Of a stretch of DNA of 64,000 nt, positions 38,445 through 53,527 are shown in pieces. The translations under genes and the position numbers were made by a program. The notes beneath the pieces are model-generated. The model ran no database searches. It was not told where the DNA came from and saw nothing but the letters and a program-made list of their open reading frames with translations. Position 1 is the first letter of the stretch, and every line of letters begins with the position of its first letter. This stretch comes from Tubulanus polymorphus (taxonomy: Eukaryota > Animalia > Nemertea), in assembly GCF_964204645.1 (NCBI RefSeq), contig NC_134028.1, positions 23,494,345 through 23,558,344 of the forward strand, given 5' to 3'.

Positions 38445-38815
38445 CAAGGTTTTCGCTTGTATCGGCAACTTCTTGAAACGTGTTTGAACAACGGCGTTAA
38501 TTAATGTTTTTATAATAGTGTTTAGTTTGGAACGATATGAAAAAGAATAACGATAAACAATTTCAAAACTACGACTAATCAGCGATGTAATAAAATCTCG
38601 TTAAAACGATTTCATTTTCAAGTATATCCTTATCTTTTCCGGGCTTTAGATTGACATATTCTAACGAGGACTTTGAGTAGTTGTTAAAAAATGTACTGTT
38701 CAAAGTGATAGACAACAAACAGAATATGACATGCCAGTAATGAGACAGAACATTAGAAATTGGTTCGAACAAAAAGGCATTTATTTGTGAACAAGATAGT
38801 TAGAAAAATGTACAG
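38445..38815 (+). pseudogene. C-terminal relic of another GPCR copy plus its 3' flank (B-psi2)
   Basis: CAAGGTTTTCGCTTGTATCGGCAACTTCTTGAAACGTGT...AACAACGGCGTT matches the GPCR C-terminus; the downstream sequence matches the B2 3' flank at 34250-34565. Confidence 0.7.
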
Positions 38816-38899
38816 TATAAAATCTGTGTGGCAGTTACAATAAAAAATCTACAATGCATGAATATTATGTACACGGGGGAGGGGCGTGTAGGTCTTATT

Positions 38900-41566
<2,667 letters not shown>

Positions 41567-42190
41567 CGTGTTTCCCAGTTGTGTCTGATAAAGCGACTGC
41601 GCGCTGAGTGCTATGTGTTGTACACAGTGGACACCAGTTTGAATGGCTCTCTAAGTCGCTCAGTTGATTTGTTGATATCGTCCAGTCAGCGGTCGTTGAC
41701 ACGATACAAACTGTAAATCGACCTTGAAACTCACCTGAATTAGTTGACGAATGTGACCTCTGAGGCGGAATTAGTAGTTTGTCATGTGTTATGTAAATGA
41801 CGTAGACGGATTAGGCAACTGGCGCTCAAGCGTTTTCTTTCAATCCCATTTGAAATTAATTTTGACCATTGTATCTATTATTACTTATATCCCCGATTAG
41901 AAGTGATCATAGATTGAATCATGTACAACATTATGGAAACGGGTTTATTAGCCAACTAAACACAGTCAATTCACATCTAACAAACGCGTTGATGTAGTTT
42001 CTATTTGCTTCCCTCCATGGTCACGATTCATGAAAAAAAAAATAAACCATCGTTACTAATCAATGCAAATCGATGACACAGCCCTGATCGAATACGCACA
42101 ATTCTATCGCTTCAGTTCCGCGTAGATCATACGAACATCTTTTTCAAGTTAGCTTTAGTTTTTGCGAGCAGATCTAGAGAAAAAATCTAG

Positions 42191-45100
42191 ATGAGTTTGT
42201 TGGGAATTTCTGTCGTGGTTGTTTTAGTGGCTCATGTAACGACTTGCTGTGAATCAAATAGCTCCGTTAAAGGTAAGATTGGTCCATTCCTATGTACATG
42301 ATTTATAGTTGTCGAATTTAATATAGTGTGTCTAGTTTTATCTCAGGGCATAGTGAACTCGATAATTGCTGGGCTTGGGACTATGTTGCCGCGGTACCAT
42401 CAGGAAACGACACATTTCTATGGAAACGACCGTGTGGAAATATACTGTTATTGAAGGCAGGTGCGTAAATAGCCCATAAACCATTCAATTGTTATGAATG
42501 TATATAATAGTGATATGAAATGTCATTTCTTCATCTCCGTCGCATTAATAATTACATTCATATACTCATTAACCAGTCTGCGAAGCTGTTGCAAACCAGG
42601 ATATTAGTGTGATCGGACTGGCAACGAATCACTTGACGTTCAAGACTTTCAAGCCACCCCGAATATTATGTTTTCCGCTGTTTGGAGACACGTCAGGTGC
42701 CAACAAAGTTTGGATAAAACTGGAGCCGAATATGTATGACGTGGTTCGGCCCATTTCGGACGTTATTTCGGACATAAATGTCAAGAATGTCATGATAATA
42801 TACGAAACTGGATACGAAGGTCTCGATTCAACATTCGGTCGAAATTTGATTTTGAGAGACGGACAAATTTTGAAAATTAGATCTTCCGATCTCTTTCAGA
42901 AATAGTCAAACTACTCGCAAGAAACCTATCAAGAATTTTCATAAGCACCACAACGAGCCGTTTCTATCCAGGTGCAAACACTTCAAAGCTATTGGCGTCA
43001 GTGATGTTTAAAACATTCGTAGTTTTAGCGGACAGCCATCTTGAAAAACTGTTACACGTGGCTTCAAACCACGGTTTATTGAAAAATCATATTTACTGGA
43101 TCGTCGCTTCTGTTACTGGTGCGCCGAGAACAGAGCAAGCATCCCTGCCTACTGGTTGTAATATATTGCTTGTGTATTTGAAAATTCGGACTTCTACGGA
43201 GATTCCCGTCACTAGACAAATACTAGCCATGCCTCAGAGTTTCTCAGCAAACCAAACAGAATGCTTTCGCGAATTTCCAAAAAAGACCACTTTATTCTAT
43301 ATTTCTCAGGTATGCACCAGTGAATCCTTTTCCCAAGTATATGTAAACTGGAAGTTGTGGTTCAAAACTTACTTAGAAACCAAAGTGTTCAGTGCTTTTT
43401 TCAACATTTAATCCGGAGCAACGCATTTGAACTTTTGTTTCATCATAGTTTTACATAGAAATACAAATGACCATGATTATTCTCTTTCCAAAAGGCAAAC
43501 TTATCCTCAACAGATGTAAAATGGGAGATTCAACTGGAAAGCGCATATTCATCGGACAATCATACAAAATTCCAATCCGTCGCGACTGATTGGGCAAGAC
43601 ATGAAAAACTAACTGTATATCAAGCATTTCCTAACAAATTCAAAGGTTTTGATGGAAAGCAGTTAACTATTGTAACTTTACAGGTAAAATATATCGGCTA
43701 TAAACAATCGCTAAATTAAAGACATTGATACATTTCATCTCGTACATGTTCGATTGACTTTGCAGACGGCTGCGTTCATGGTAAAGAAGTACGACAATCT
43801 AACAGATACAGTTCGTTGGGACGGCCTTTCATTCGAGATCGTGAAAGAACTCGCGTCTCAGTTAAACTTTACGTAAGTCACCGCGAACCTCTGTATTTCA
43901 TCGCCGCGTGTCTTGCATTTGCTTTTACGGATGGTTCATCTATGTAGATATAGAGTATTCGAGGTTCCAGATGGTAAATGGGGCGATATTGGAGAAAACG
44001 GTGAATGGAATGGTATGGTTGGAGTTGTGAAGAGAGGGGTAAACGTATTTATACAACACCAGTTTTTTATCACAAATAACCTTTTTATATCATATGGATT
44101 TAAGGGCACTTCCTCAGCCTTCATTTGAAATACAAGGTCTCAGTGCGTACCTGGATGAATTGCATGTCTATGAACTCATATTTTGGGGCAGCAGATTTTG
44201 CCCTTGGTCCATTTATTATCAATTCAATGAGGTCAACAGTTATATACAGTCATAAATCTCTACAACAGTTGCTCGTCATAAATGGTCTTAATATCATAAT
44301 GGGTTTAAATACATCTTTCTTCAGCTTTGACTTGAAGTACCCAAACGTGCGCACCTGCTAAGTACGACAACTGCACGATATATTTCCTTCGGGATGCCTG
44401 GCCTATGGGAGCTTGTCTATATCTGATCGATGAGCTCCTATTTTGGGACAGATATTGGCGTAAATAACCGGAATTTGAATGCGTTAACTATTTTAGGAGG
44501 CAGATTTTGCTGTTGGCCCATTTACTGTCAATTCATTGAGGTCAACTGTTATAGACTATGTGCCATACGCTTCGGATGGTATTGGTATGCTACTTAAGAA
44601 ACCAACAGAACGAAACAAAGCTTTCAAAATATTTAAACCACTGAACATCTCCGTGTGGATGTCTATACCGGCAACGATGTTTTTGGCGTGTTTTGTCATC
44701 TACGTGGTGGCTTATTACAGTCCATTCGATCGTCGACAATTGGCTAAAAGATGGAAACGTAAATGCGCTCGAAAAGCTGCCAAAAAGAGTAGCGCAACGA
44801 ACACGATTTGGCTTGGATTTGGAACATTTCTAGAACAAGGTAAATGTTGACATATTTGACTTAACTTGAAAAATACTCAGGCCCAATACATTTTCCTTTA
44901 TACACAGGAGCTGATTTCTATCCGAAAGCGCAGTCGGGTCGAATAATTGTGATGTTTTGGTGGTTTTTCACAATCATCATTTTAGCCACGTACACGGCCG
45001 ACTTGGCCGCATATCTGACCGTACCGGATATACCAGCTCCACTGAGGACGCTTGAAGAGTTAGTTAATCAGGACACTATCCGACCTATCATAGCCGACGG

Positions 45101-45882
45101 AGGGAGCACTCTAACGTTAATGAGGGTAGTGTCACTATTCTTATCTGTACATACGTACATTTTGCATTTGTTTTAAGAATGAGTCTTTTTGTTCCATGCT
45201 ACAGACATCTAAAAAAGGAACGACCTATAGGAGAATCGGGGAGATGATTGAGAAGATGGGTATGCCGTACGTAGGCACTATCGATCAAGCGTTTTCAAAC
45301 GGGCTTATGGAACAAGGAACCTGGGCCGCATTGGCCGATTATAATTCTCTCAACTTCATCAAAAATGAAAACTGTGGCAAATACGTGTTCGCTGATGAAA
45401 GGTACAACGTAGCAGGCGTAGGGCTGGTCATTCCGAAAAATGCTTACTTTAAAGAAGCATTCATAAAAAGGTAACGAAGAAACATTTATTCATATTTCAA
45501 TTTCATCTTTAAGGCCATGTCTACTAAAGAGAATTTTAACAAATATATTGACAGTGTAAACAGAATGCTGGAAGCTGGCCTGGTGAAAAGATGGACCGAT
45601 AAATGGAACAGCATCAATTCGAAATGTTTCGAAGAGAAGGACTCGAACTTGGAACGGCCTATAGATACCGAGTCGATAGTTGCTCTTCTGGTCATACTAG
45701 CCGCATGTATGATTCTTGGTGGTCTCTCTTTATTAGTTGAAATAATCTTCATAAAATGTGGCTTTCAGTTACCGAGTATTTGCCGACATATACATCACAA
45801 ATACAAGACCGAACAGGAAGAAATATCCATTACCGAAACTAATGGAAGAGATGTATTTTGGACAAGCGCGAACCTTTATTGA
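42191..45882 (+). CDS. Ionotropic glutamate receptor / IR-like subunit, copy 1
   Basis: Signal peptide, ATD-like region, FPNKFKGFDG, S1 DGKWG..NGEWNGMVG..ADFAVGPFTVNSLRSTVIDY, M1 FKPLNISVW, pore FGTFLEQG, M3 WWFFTIIILATYTADLAAYLT, S2 DGGST and M4; exons splice in frame. Confidence 0.88.
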
Positions 45883-45898
45883 AAGATGATATGTATTA

Positions 45899-46715
45899 TT
45901 AACAATATCCGCATGATTTTTGTCAGTTTGTTTGCATGTATCCCTTATAGGAATCGTCTTCACAAAAGTGCAACGATGTTGCAAGTTTCAACATGCTTGA
46001 CTATCTTTTTATGAATTGTTTTCACAATGTCATTGTTACTCAATGCCATTCCATGTCGACCCTCCATTAGGTGAACCTTCAGTGTTTCCGCGGGAATTAT
46101 CACTTCTGTAAAAAGAAAATATCGTAAGTTATACCATCCAAGGTGTCTTGGTTAACTAATTCTGTCTAAGAATACTAGATTAGAATGATTTAGTTGTCCG
46201 CAGTATGCACATGCCTTAGGGCAGTTAACTTTCATGTAGCCGGTATAGGTTGGATCTTTGCAAAAATGTAGTGACGTTTTACAAGTCTCAAATTTGTTCA
46301 CACATTCATCTATAGGGAAAATATGTAAAACATATTCATACCCTCATACACTGGAATAAGTACTTACGTATGTGTCAAGTAAGTTGTCGAAACAAGTATC
46401 CTTTACTTCCATTCCAAGTGGGTTGTGTTACTTCATTTCCAGAACCACTTGTTCTCTGCCCACTAAAAACAAACATTATATACAGCTCAACTAACTCTAC
46501 AGCGGTTTATGGGAAACACCTTTTCTATTACCCGCAGAATCCACACGATTTTGCATAGTTGTTCTTCCATAATCTTTATAGGAATATTCCTTGCAAAAGT
46601 CCAACCAAATTTTACAGCTTGCAAAATAATCAACACATTCTAAAACTCTCAATAAATCACTGATTGCAAGATAAACACTCCTGAATTTGCTCTTCTTGTA
46701 TTTTTAACTAGAAAG
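45899..46715 (-). pseudogene. Duplicated 3' part (three ShKT exons) of the astacin gene, lacking the protease domain
   Basis: Colinear with 50723-51575; the last ShKT exon has lost its acceptor and 5' part through a deletion near 45980. Confidence 0.8.
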
Positions 46716-47269
46716 ACACGATTTGATTAATCAAACATGGCGGGTTCAAACTCGATACGGGAAATCACCTTGTCTGACGTATCAATATTGCCCCTCGTAT
46801 TTCAGGCGGATATAAGGCAATTGGCTTTCCGGCGTTTCCTATCAATCCGATTTGAAATTATCACTGTTATTCTATTTTTGAATCATGATTTAAATAAATT
46901 CACCGTGCATGCAATATTGATGTATATATTAACATGACTTATATCCCCGATTAGAATTGATCATGGATTGAATCATGTACAACATTTATATGGAAACGTA
47001 TTTGTGAGCCAACTAAACACAGTCAATTCACATTGTAACAAACGCGTTGATAGTTTCTATTTGCTCTCCCCCATGGTTACGATTCATGAAAATAAAAACC
47101 ACATCGTTACCAATCAATGCAAATGACGCAGCCCTGATCGAATCAGCATAATTCGTGGACATCGTTTTGTACGCAACACGGGCATCGCTTCTGTTCGAGT
47201 GGATCATATACAAGGTCATTTTTTCACGTTTGCTTCAGTTTTTGCAAGCAGATCTAGAAAAAAATTCAG

Positions 47270-50200
47270 ATGGGTTTGTTGGGGATTTCTATCGTGGTTG
47301 TATTACTGGTCCATGTAACGACCTGTTGTGAACAAAATGGCTCCGTTAAAGGTGAGATTGGTTAATTCCCATGTATATGATTCGTAGTTGTCGAATTTAA
47401 TATAATGTGTCTAGTTTTACATAAGGGTATAGTGAACTCGATTGCCGAGCTTTGGTCTATGTTACCTCATTTGGTACCACGAAAAAATCAGGAAATGACA
47501 CATTTCTGTGGAAACGACCGTGTGGAAATATACTGTTATTGAAGGCAGGTGCGTAAATAGCCCATAAACTATTCAATTGTTAAGAATGTATGTATAATGT
47601 CGCATTAATAATTACATTCATATCTCATTAACCAGTCTGCGAAGCTGTTTCAAACCGGGAAATTAGTGCGATCGGACTGGCAACGAATCACTTGACGTTC
47701 AAGACTTTCACGCCACCCCGTATATTATGTTTTCCGCTGTTTGGAGACATGTCGGGTGCCAACAAAGTTTGGGTTAAACTGGAGCCGAATATGTATGACG
47801 TGGTTGGGCCTATTTCGGACGTTATTTCAGACATGAATGTCAATAATGTTATGATAATATACGAAACTGGATACGAAGGTCTCGATTCAACATTCGGTCG
47901 TAATTTGATTTTGAGAGACGGACAAAATTTGAAAAATTAGACCTTCCGATCTCTTTCAGAAATAGTCAAACTACTCGCAAGAAACCTATCAAGAATTTTC
48001 ATAAGCACCACAACGAGCCGTTTCTATCCAGGTGCAAACGCTTCAAAGCTATTGGCGTCAGTGATGTTTAAAACATTCGTAGTTTTAGCGGACAGCCATC
48101 TTGACAAATTGTTTCACGTGGCTTCGAACTATGGTTTATCGAAAAATCATATTTACTGGATCGTCGCTTCTGTTACTGGTGCGCCGAGAATAGAGCAAGC
48201 ATCCCTGCCTACTGATTGTAATATATTGCTAGTGTATTTGAAAATTCGGACTTCTACGGAGATTCCCGTCACTAGACAAATACGAGCCATGCATCAGAGT
48301 TTCTCAACAAACCATACAGAAGATAAATGCTTTCGCGAATTCACAAAAAGGACCTTTATTTTCTATATTTCTCATGTATGCACCAGTGAATCATTTTCCC
48401 AAGTATATGTAAACTGGAAGTTGTAGCAAAAATCAATTCTCATTTCAAGACGTTCATAGAAACCAAAGTGTTCTGTACTCATTTCAACCTGTAATTTGAA
48501 CTTTTGTTTTATCATGGTTTTACATAGGAAACTCTATACTTATGACTATGATTATTCTCTTTTGAAAAGGCAAACGTATCCTCAGCCGATGTAAAATGGG
48601 AGATTCAACTGGAAAGCGCATATTCATTGGACAATCATACAAAATTCCAATCCGTCGCGACTGATTGGGCAAGACATGAAAAACTAACTGTAAATCAAGC
48701 ATTTCCTAACAAATTCAAAAGTTTCGACGGGAAGCAGTTAACTATTGTAACTAAACAGGTAAAATATATCGACTATAATTCATCACTGAACTAGAAAAAT
48801 CGATAGATTCCATACGGTACCTGTTCGGTTGACTTTGCAGACAGCTGCGTTCATGGTAAAGAAGTACGACAATCTAACAGATACAGTTCGTTGGGACGGC
48901 TTTTCATTCGAGATCGTGAAAGAACTTGCGTCTCAGTTAAACTTTACGTAAGTCACCGCGAGCCTCTAACGCGCCATCCCTTTCATTCGCTTTAACCGAT
49001 GGTTCATCTTTGCAGATATAGAGTTTTCGAGGTTCCAGATGGTAAATGGGGCGATATTGGAGAAAACGGAGAATGGAATGGTATGGTTGGACTTGTGAAA
49101 AGAGGGGTAAGCAAATTCATACAACAGTTGCTTACAATAAATGTCCGTTATGTTTCATAATGGGTTCAAAGGCATCACAATCATTGACTTTAACTTGAAG
49201 TGTACGTACCTTCCCTCGGGGTATCCGGCCTATGGGTGCTTGCCATGTTCCTGGCCGATGAGCTCCTAATTTGGGACGGATATTGGGGTATATAACTGAT
49301 ATTTGATTCCGTTAACTATTTTAGGAGGCAGATTTTGCTGTTGGTCCATTCATTGTCAATTCATTGAGGTCAACTGTTATAGACTATGTGCCATACGCTG
49401 AGGACGGTGTTGGTATGCTACTCAAGAAACCAACAGAACGAAACAAAGCTTTCAAAATATTCAAACCACTGAACATCTCCGTGTGGATGTCTATACCGGC
49501 AACGATGTTTTTGGCGTGTTTTGTCATCTACGTGGTGGCTTACTACAGTCCATTCGACCGTCGACAATTGGCTAAAAGATGGAAACGTAAATGCGCTAGA
49601 AAAGCTGCTAAAAAGAGTAGCGCAACGAACACGATTTGGCTTGGATTTGGAACATTTCTAGAACAAGGTAAATATTTGAAAAAGGAACGACGGTTATTTC
49701 TAAATTTGAAGGGCCCAAGACTTTTTCCTTTATACACAGGAGCTGATTTCTATCCGAAAGCGCAGTCGGGTCGAATAATTGTGATGTTTTGGTGGTTTTT
49801 CACAATCATCATTTTAGCCACGTACACGGCCGACTTGGCCGCATATCTGACCGTACCGGATATACCAGCTCCACTGCGGACGCTTGAAGAGTTAGTTAAT
49901 CAGGACACTATCCGACCTATCATACCTGATGGAGGAAGCACTTTAACGTTAATGAGGGTAGTTTCATTATTCTAATCTGTGTACATATGTTGTGTATTCT
50001 AATAATTAGTTTCAACTTCTTGTTCAATGCTCCAGACATCTAAAAAAGGAACGACCTATCGTAGAGTCTGGGAGATGATTGAGAAGATGGGTATGCCGTT
50101 TGTCAACACTATCGATGACGTATTTACCAACGGGCTTATGGAACAAGGAACCTGGGCCGCATTGGGCGATTATAGTATTCTTAACTATTTAAAAAATGAA

Positions 50201-50706
50201 AACTGTGGTAAATACGTGTTCGCTGATGAAAAATACAACGTAGGAGGCGTAGGGCTGGTCATTCTGAAAAATGCTTACTTTAAAGAAGCATTCATTAAAA
50301 GGTAACAAATTCATTTATATCCCAATTTAAATATTTTCAACCATTGTCTAAACAGAATTTTTAAAAATATGTTGACAGCGTACACAGAATGTTGGAAGCC
50401 GGACTGATAAAAAAATGGACCGATAAATGGAATAGCATCAATTCGAAATGTTTCGAAGAGAAGGACTCGAACTTGGAACGGCCTATAGATATCGAGTCGA
50501 TAGTTGCTCTTCTGGTCATACTAGCCGCATGTATGATTCTTGGTGGTCTCTCTTTATTAGTTGAAATAATCTTCATAAAATGTGGCTTTCAGTTACCGAG
50601 TATTTGCCGACATATACAGCACAAATACAAGACGGAACAGGAAGAAATATCCATCACCGAAACTAATGGAAGAGATGTATTTTGGACAAGCGCGAACCTT
50701 TATTGA
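47270..50706 (+). CDS. Ionotropic glutamate receptor / IR-like subunit, copy 2
   Basis: Tandem paralog of 42191-45882 with the same exon structure and motifs; ends FWTSANLY*. Confidence 0.88.
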
Positions 50707-50722
50707 ACGATGATATGTATTA

Positions 50723-53527
50723 TTAACAATATCCGCATGATTTTGGACAGTTTGTTTTCATGTATCCCTTATAGGAATCGTCTTCACAAAAGTGCAACGA
50801 TGTTTTACATGTGTCGAAGTTGTCCACACATTCTGAAACAAAATTTCAACATGCTTGACTATCTTTTTATTAATTGTTTTCACAATGTTATTGTTACTCA
50901 CTGCCATTCCATGTCGATCCTCCAGTAGTTGAACCTCCAGTGTTTACACCGGAATTATTACTTCTGTAAAAACAAAATATCGTATGACTTCCAAGGTGTC
51001 TTGGTCAATTAATGATGTCTAAAAATAGCTAGAATAATTTAATTACCCGCAATATCCACAGGCCTTCGGGCAGTTAACTTTCATGTAGCCGGAATAGGTT
51101 GGATCTTCACAAAAATGTAGTGATGTTTTACAAGTGTCAAAATTGTCCACACATTCTACGTATATGGTGAAAATATAAGTAAAATATGTATATACACCCT
51201 CGCACACTGGAATGAGTACTTAGGTATCAACTAAATTATCCTTACTTCCATTCCAAGTGGGCTGTGTTACTTCAGTTCCAGAACCACTTGTACTCTGCCC
51301 ACTAAGAAAAACAAATTTATAAAGCTCAACTTGTACAGCGGTTTATGGGAAACGCCTTTTCTATTTTCTATTACCTGCAGAATCCACACGATTTTGCACA
51401 GTTTTTCTTCATATAATCTTTATAGGAATCATCCTTGCAAAAGTCCAACGAAGTTTTACAGCTATCAAAATTATCAACACATTCTAAAAGGAAACTGTCT
51501 AAAATAAACTACTGACTGCAAGATAAACATTCCTGACTTCGTTCGTTTTTATATTTCTAACTACCGGTAGAAAGATACGATAAAAACTTGATTGTTTTCA
51601 TCATTACGTTGGACTTTGTTTTACGTACTTTCGTTGTAGCGGAGTTCCACAGTTGTAGGACATCCATAGTATTTTTGTACCATTAAAACATCGCGATCGT
51701 GCAGTTTACGGCTGCCGATTTTGGCTTTTCTGTCTTTTGGCTCCATAGTTGGACGGCCATTCGCACTGCAAAGTGAAGTAAGGCTTTTACTGAGAAATCA
51801 TTTTCTCTACGATTCGACTCTATAATAGTATATACGGTACCTGAATGCGTATTTACCATAATGCATTAGAGACCCGTAAGTGTATGGGAGATCTAGGTTG
51901 TTCGTATTATCTCGGTTGAAATTGTTGATCATCGCTAAAAAAAACGATAGCAATTTGATTAATTGAACAGTATGTATTGTAGAAGGATTTATCATGGTCG
52001 GCTCAAAATAGATAGAATCGCGTAGTTCGGACGACACATCCAATGGAGATTCGATCTAAGTCAAGTTAGTGCATTGATGAAACAACTTTCGGCCCCGGCC
52101 AAAGGTTTAAAAACTGAATGACGCACTTGGGTGGATATTTTCCCAATTGATGGTGATGTACTCGTCTCGATCTGAGCGTGATTGTTCGTGTATGAATCCT
52201 AGCGCGTGTAGAAACTCGTGTTGTATGATCCCCTCGTTCAGACACCCGGCTCGCTGGTCCAGAGACATATCTTGCATACCGCCGGTCATTCCTACTTTTG
52301 AGTAGCACCTGAAGAAAATACAGCATTTGACTTCTAGAGTATACTGCGAACTACCAGGCGTGGATCTAGGGGGTCTTACTGGTCTTCTGGAAGACCCTCG
52401 AAATTCTTAAGTGCCGTAAAAAAAACTTTTGCTCGCAAAACAATTTCATGACTCAAAATGCAGGAAACGGCTTCAAATCAGTGCTGGAATCTCAAAATTT
52501 TCTGGGGGGAATCAGACCCTCCGGCCCCGGAAGGGCTTCGCGCTGAAGCAGTGTTGGTCTCCGGGTGCGCTGCGCTCGGTGTTATCAGTGCCCTTTTCTT
52601 TTATGTATGCCCCTAAAATTCTGAGAAGACCCTCAGATTTACCCCTAGATCCGCCCCTGAATACCTTGCAATTCAATCGTTGAACCAGGGATTTTTTGGA
52701 AAAGAATCGCCATTATCTGCCTTTTAGATAAACAAATCATTTTTAGCCCACGCATGAGAATAAAATTGCAATGTTTTGATGATGATAACCAATCTAAACC
52801 TTTAAACTGCCCCTTACCCCCTGGCGTTGATGATTCTTATGTAATTTGCTTCGTTAGTCCTCTCTTTGAATTGTATGCAGTTTGATTGAAGACGAGCTTC
52901 CAGCGACTTCAGACTTGCACGAATTTTCTTTTGGGCAGTTTTCCCTATATATTAGAAAATATTTGAAAATAGAACATGTGGTACTACAGAAATAGAATAA
53001 TCATGATGATGGAACCGTTGTCTTACCTACAAGGCTCACATCGTAGTACACAATTCCATTGGGCCACTTAGTCAATCCGACCAACGCGTTTCGGAACTAG
53101 CAAAGGATAAATGATATAGAATTGTCTCGCAGGACTCGTTAATGACTGCAATATTTTTTCTGAAATTTTGAAACTTACAGATGCACGATCACTGATGACG
53201 ATATCACCTTCGAATTTACCAGAAAACTCTTCGGCATGTTCTCCTAGGAATAGAAGGGTAATCGCGATTTGAAAGCGTGAAGAAACTGATTTAGTATCAC
53301 GACCCAGTTAAACTGAATTGATGGAGCTATAATGCAAATCTACGAAATGTTTGTCATTGAAAGAACTTACTCTTGTATGCTTCGAATTCCGGGTTTATCT
53401 ACGAAAAAAAAATAATAGACTTAGATAGATTTTCGTAGGAATTAAACTTTGAATTTTGTTGAAATACACATACCTTCGAGTATACAACTGCCCAGGATAG
53501 AATGAATATAACTGAAGAATAATACAT
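50723..53527 (-). CDS. Astacin (M12A) metalloprotease with three C-terminal ShKT domains
   Basis: Signal [17 protein letters not shown], propeptide [31 protein letters not shown] and Met-turn SLMHY, then three CVDNFD.CKTSL.FC....Y..YMK.NC.K.CG.C exons separated by Gly/Ser/Thr linker exons. Confidence 0.9.
52355..52659. mobile_element. MITE with CAGGCGTGGATCTAGGGG...CCCCTAGATCCGCCCCTG ends (hAT-like) in an astacin intron
   Basis: Imperfect ~18-bp TIRs with a GC-richer interior; no clear TSD. Confidence 0.7.

Noticed and set aside
42820-42991. Apparent stop/frameshift suggesting the receptors are pseudogenes (also ~47880-48050)
   Set aside because: An ~80-nt GT-AG intron (GAAG|GTCTCG...TTTCAG|AA) restores the frame in both copies, although the donor is weak.
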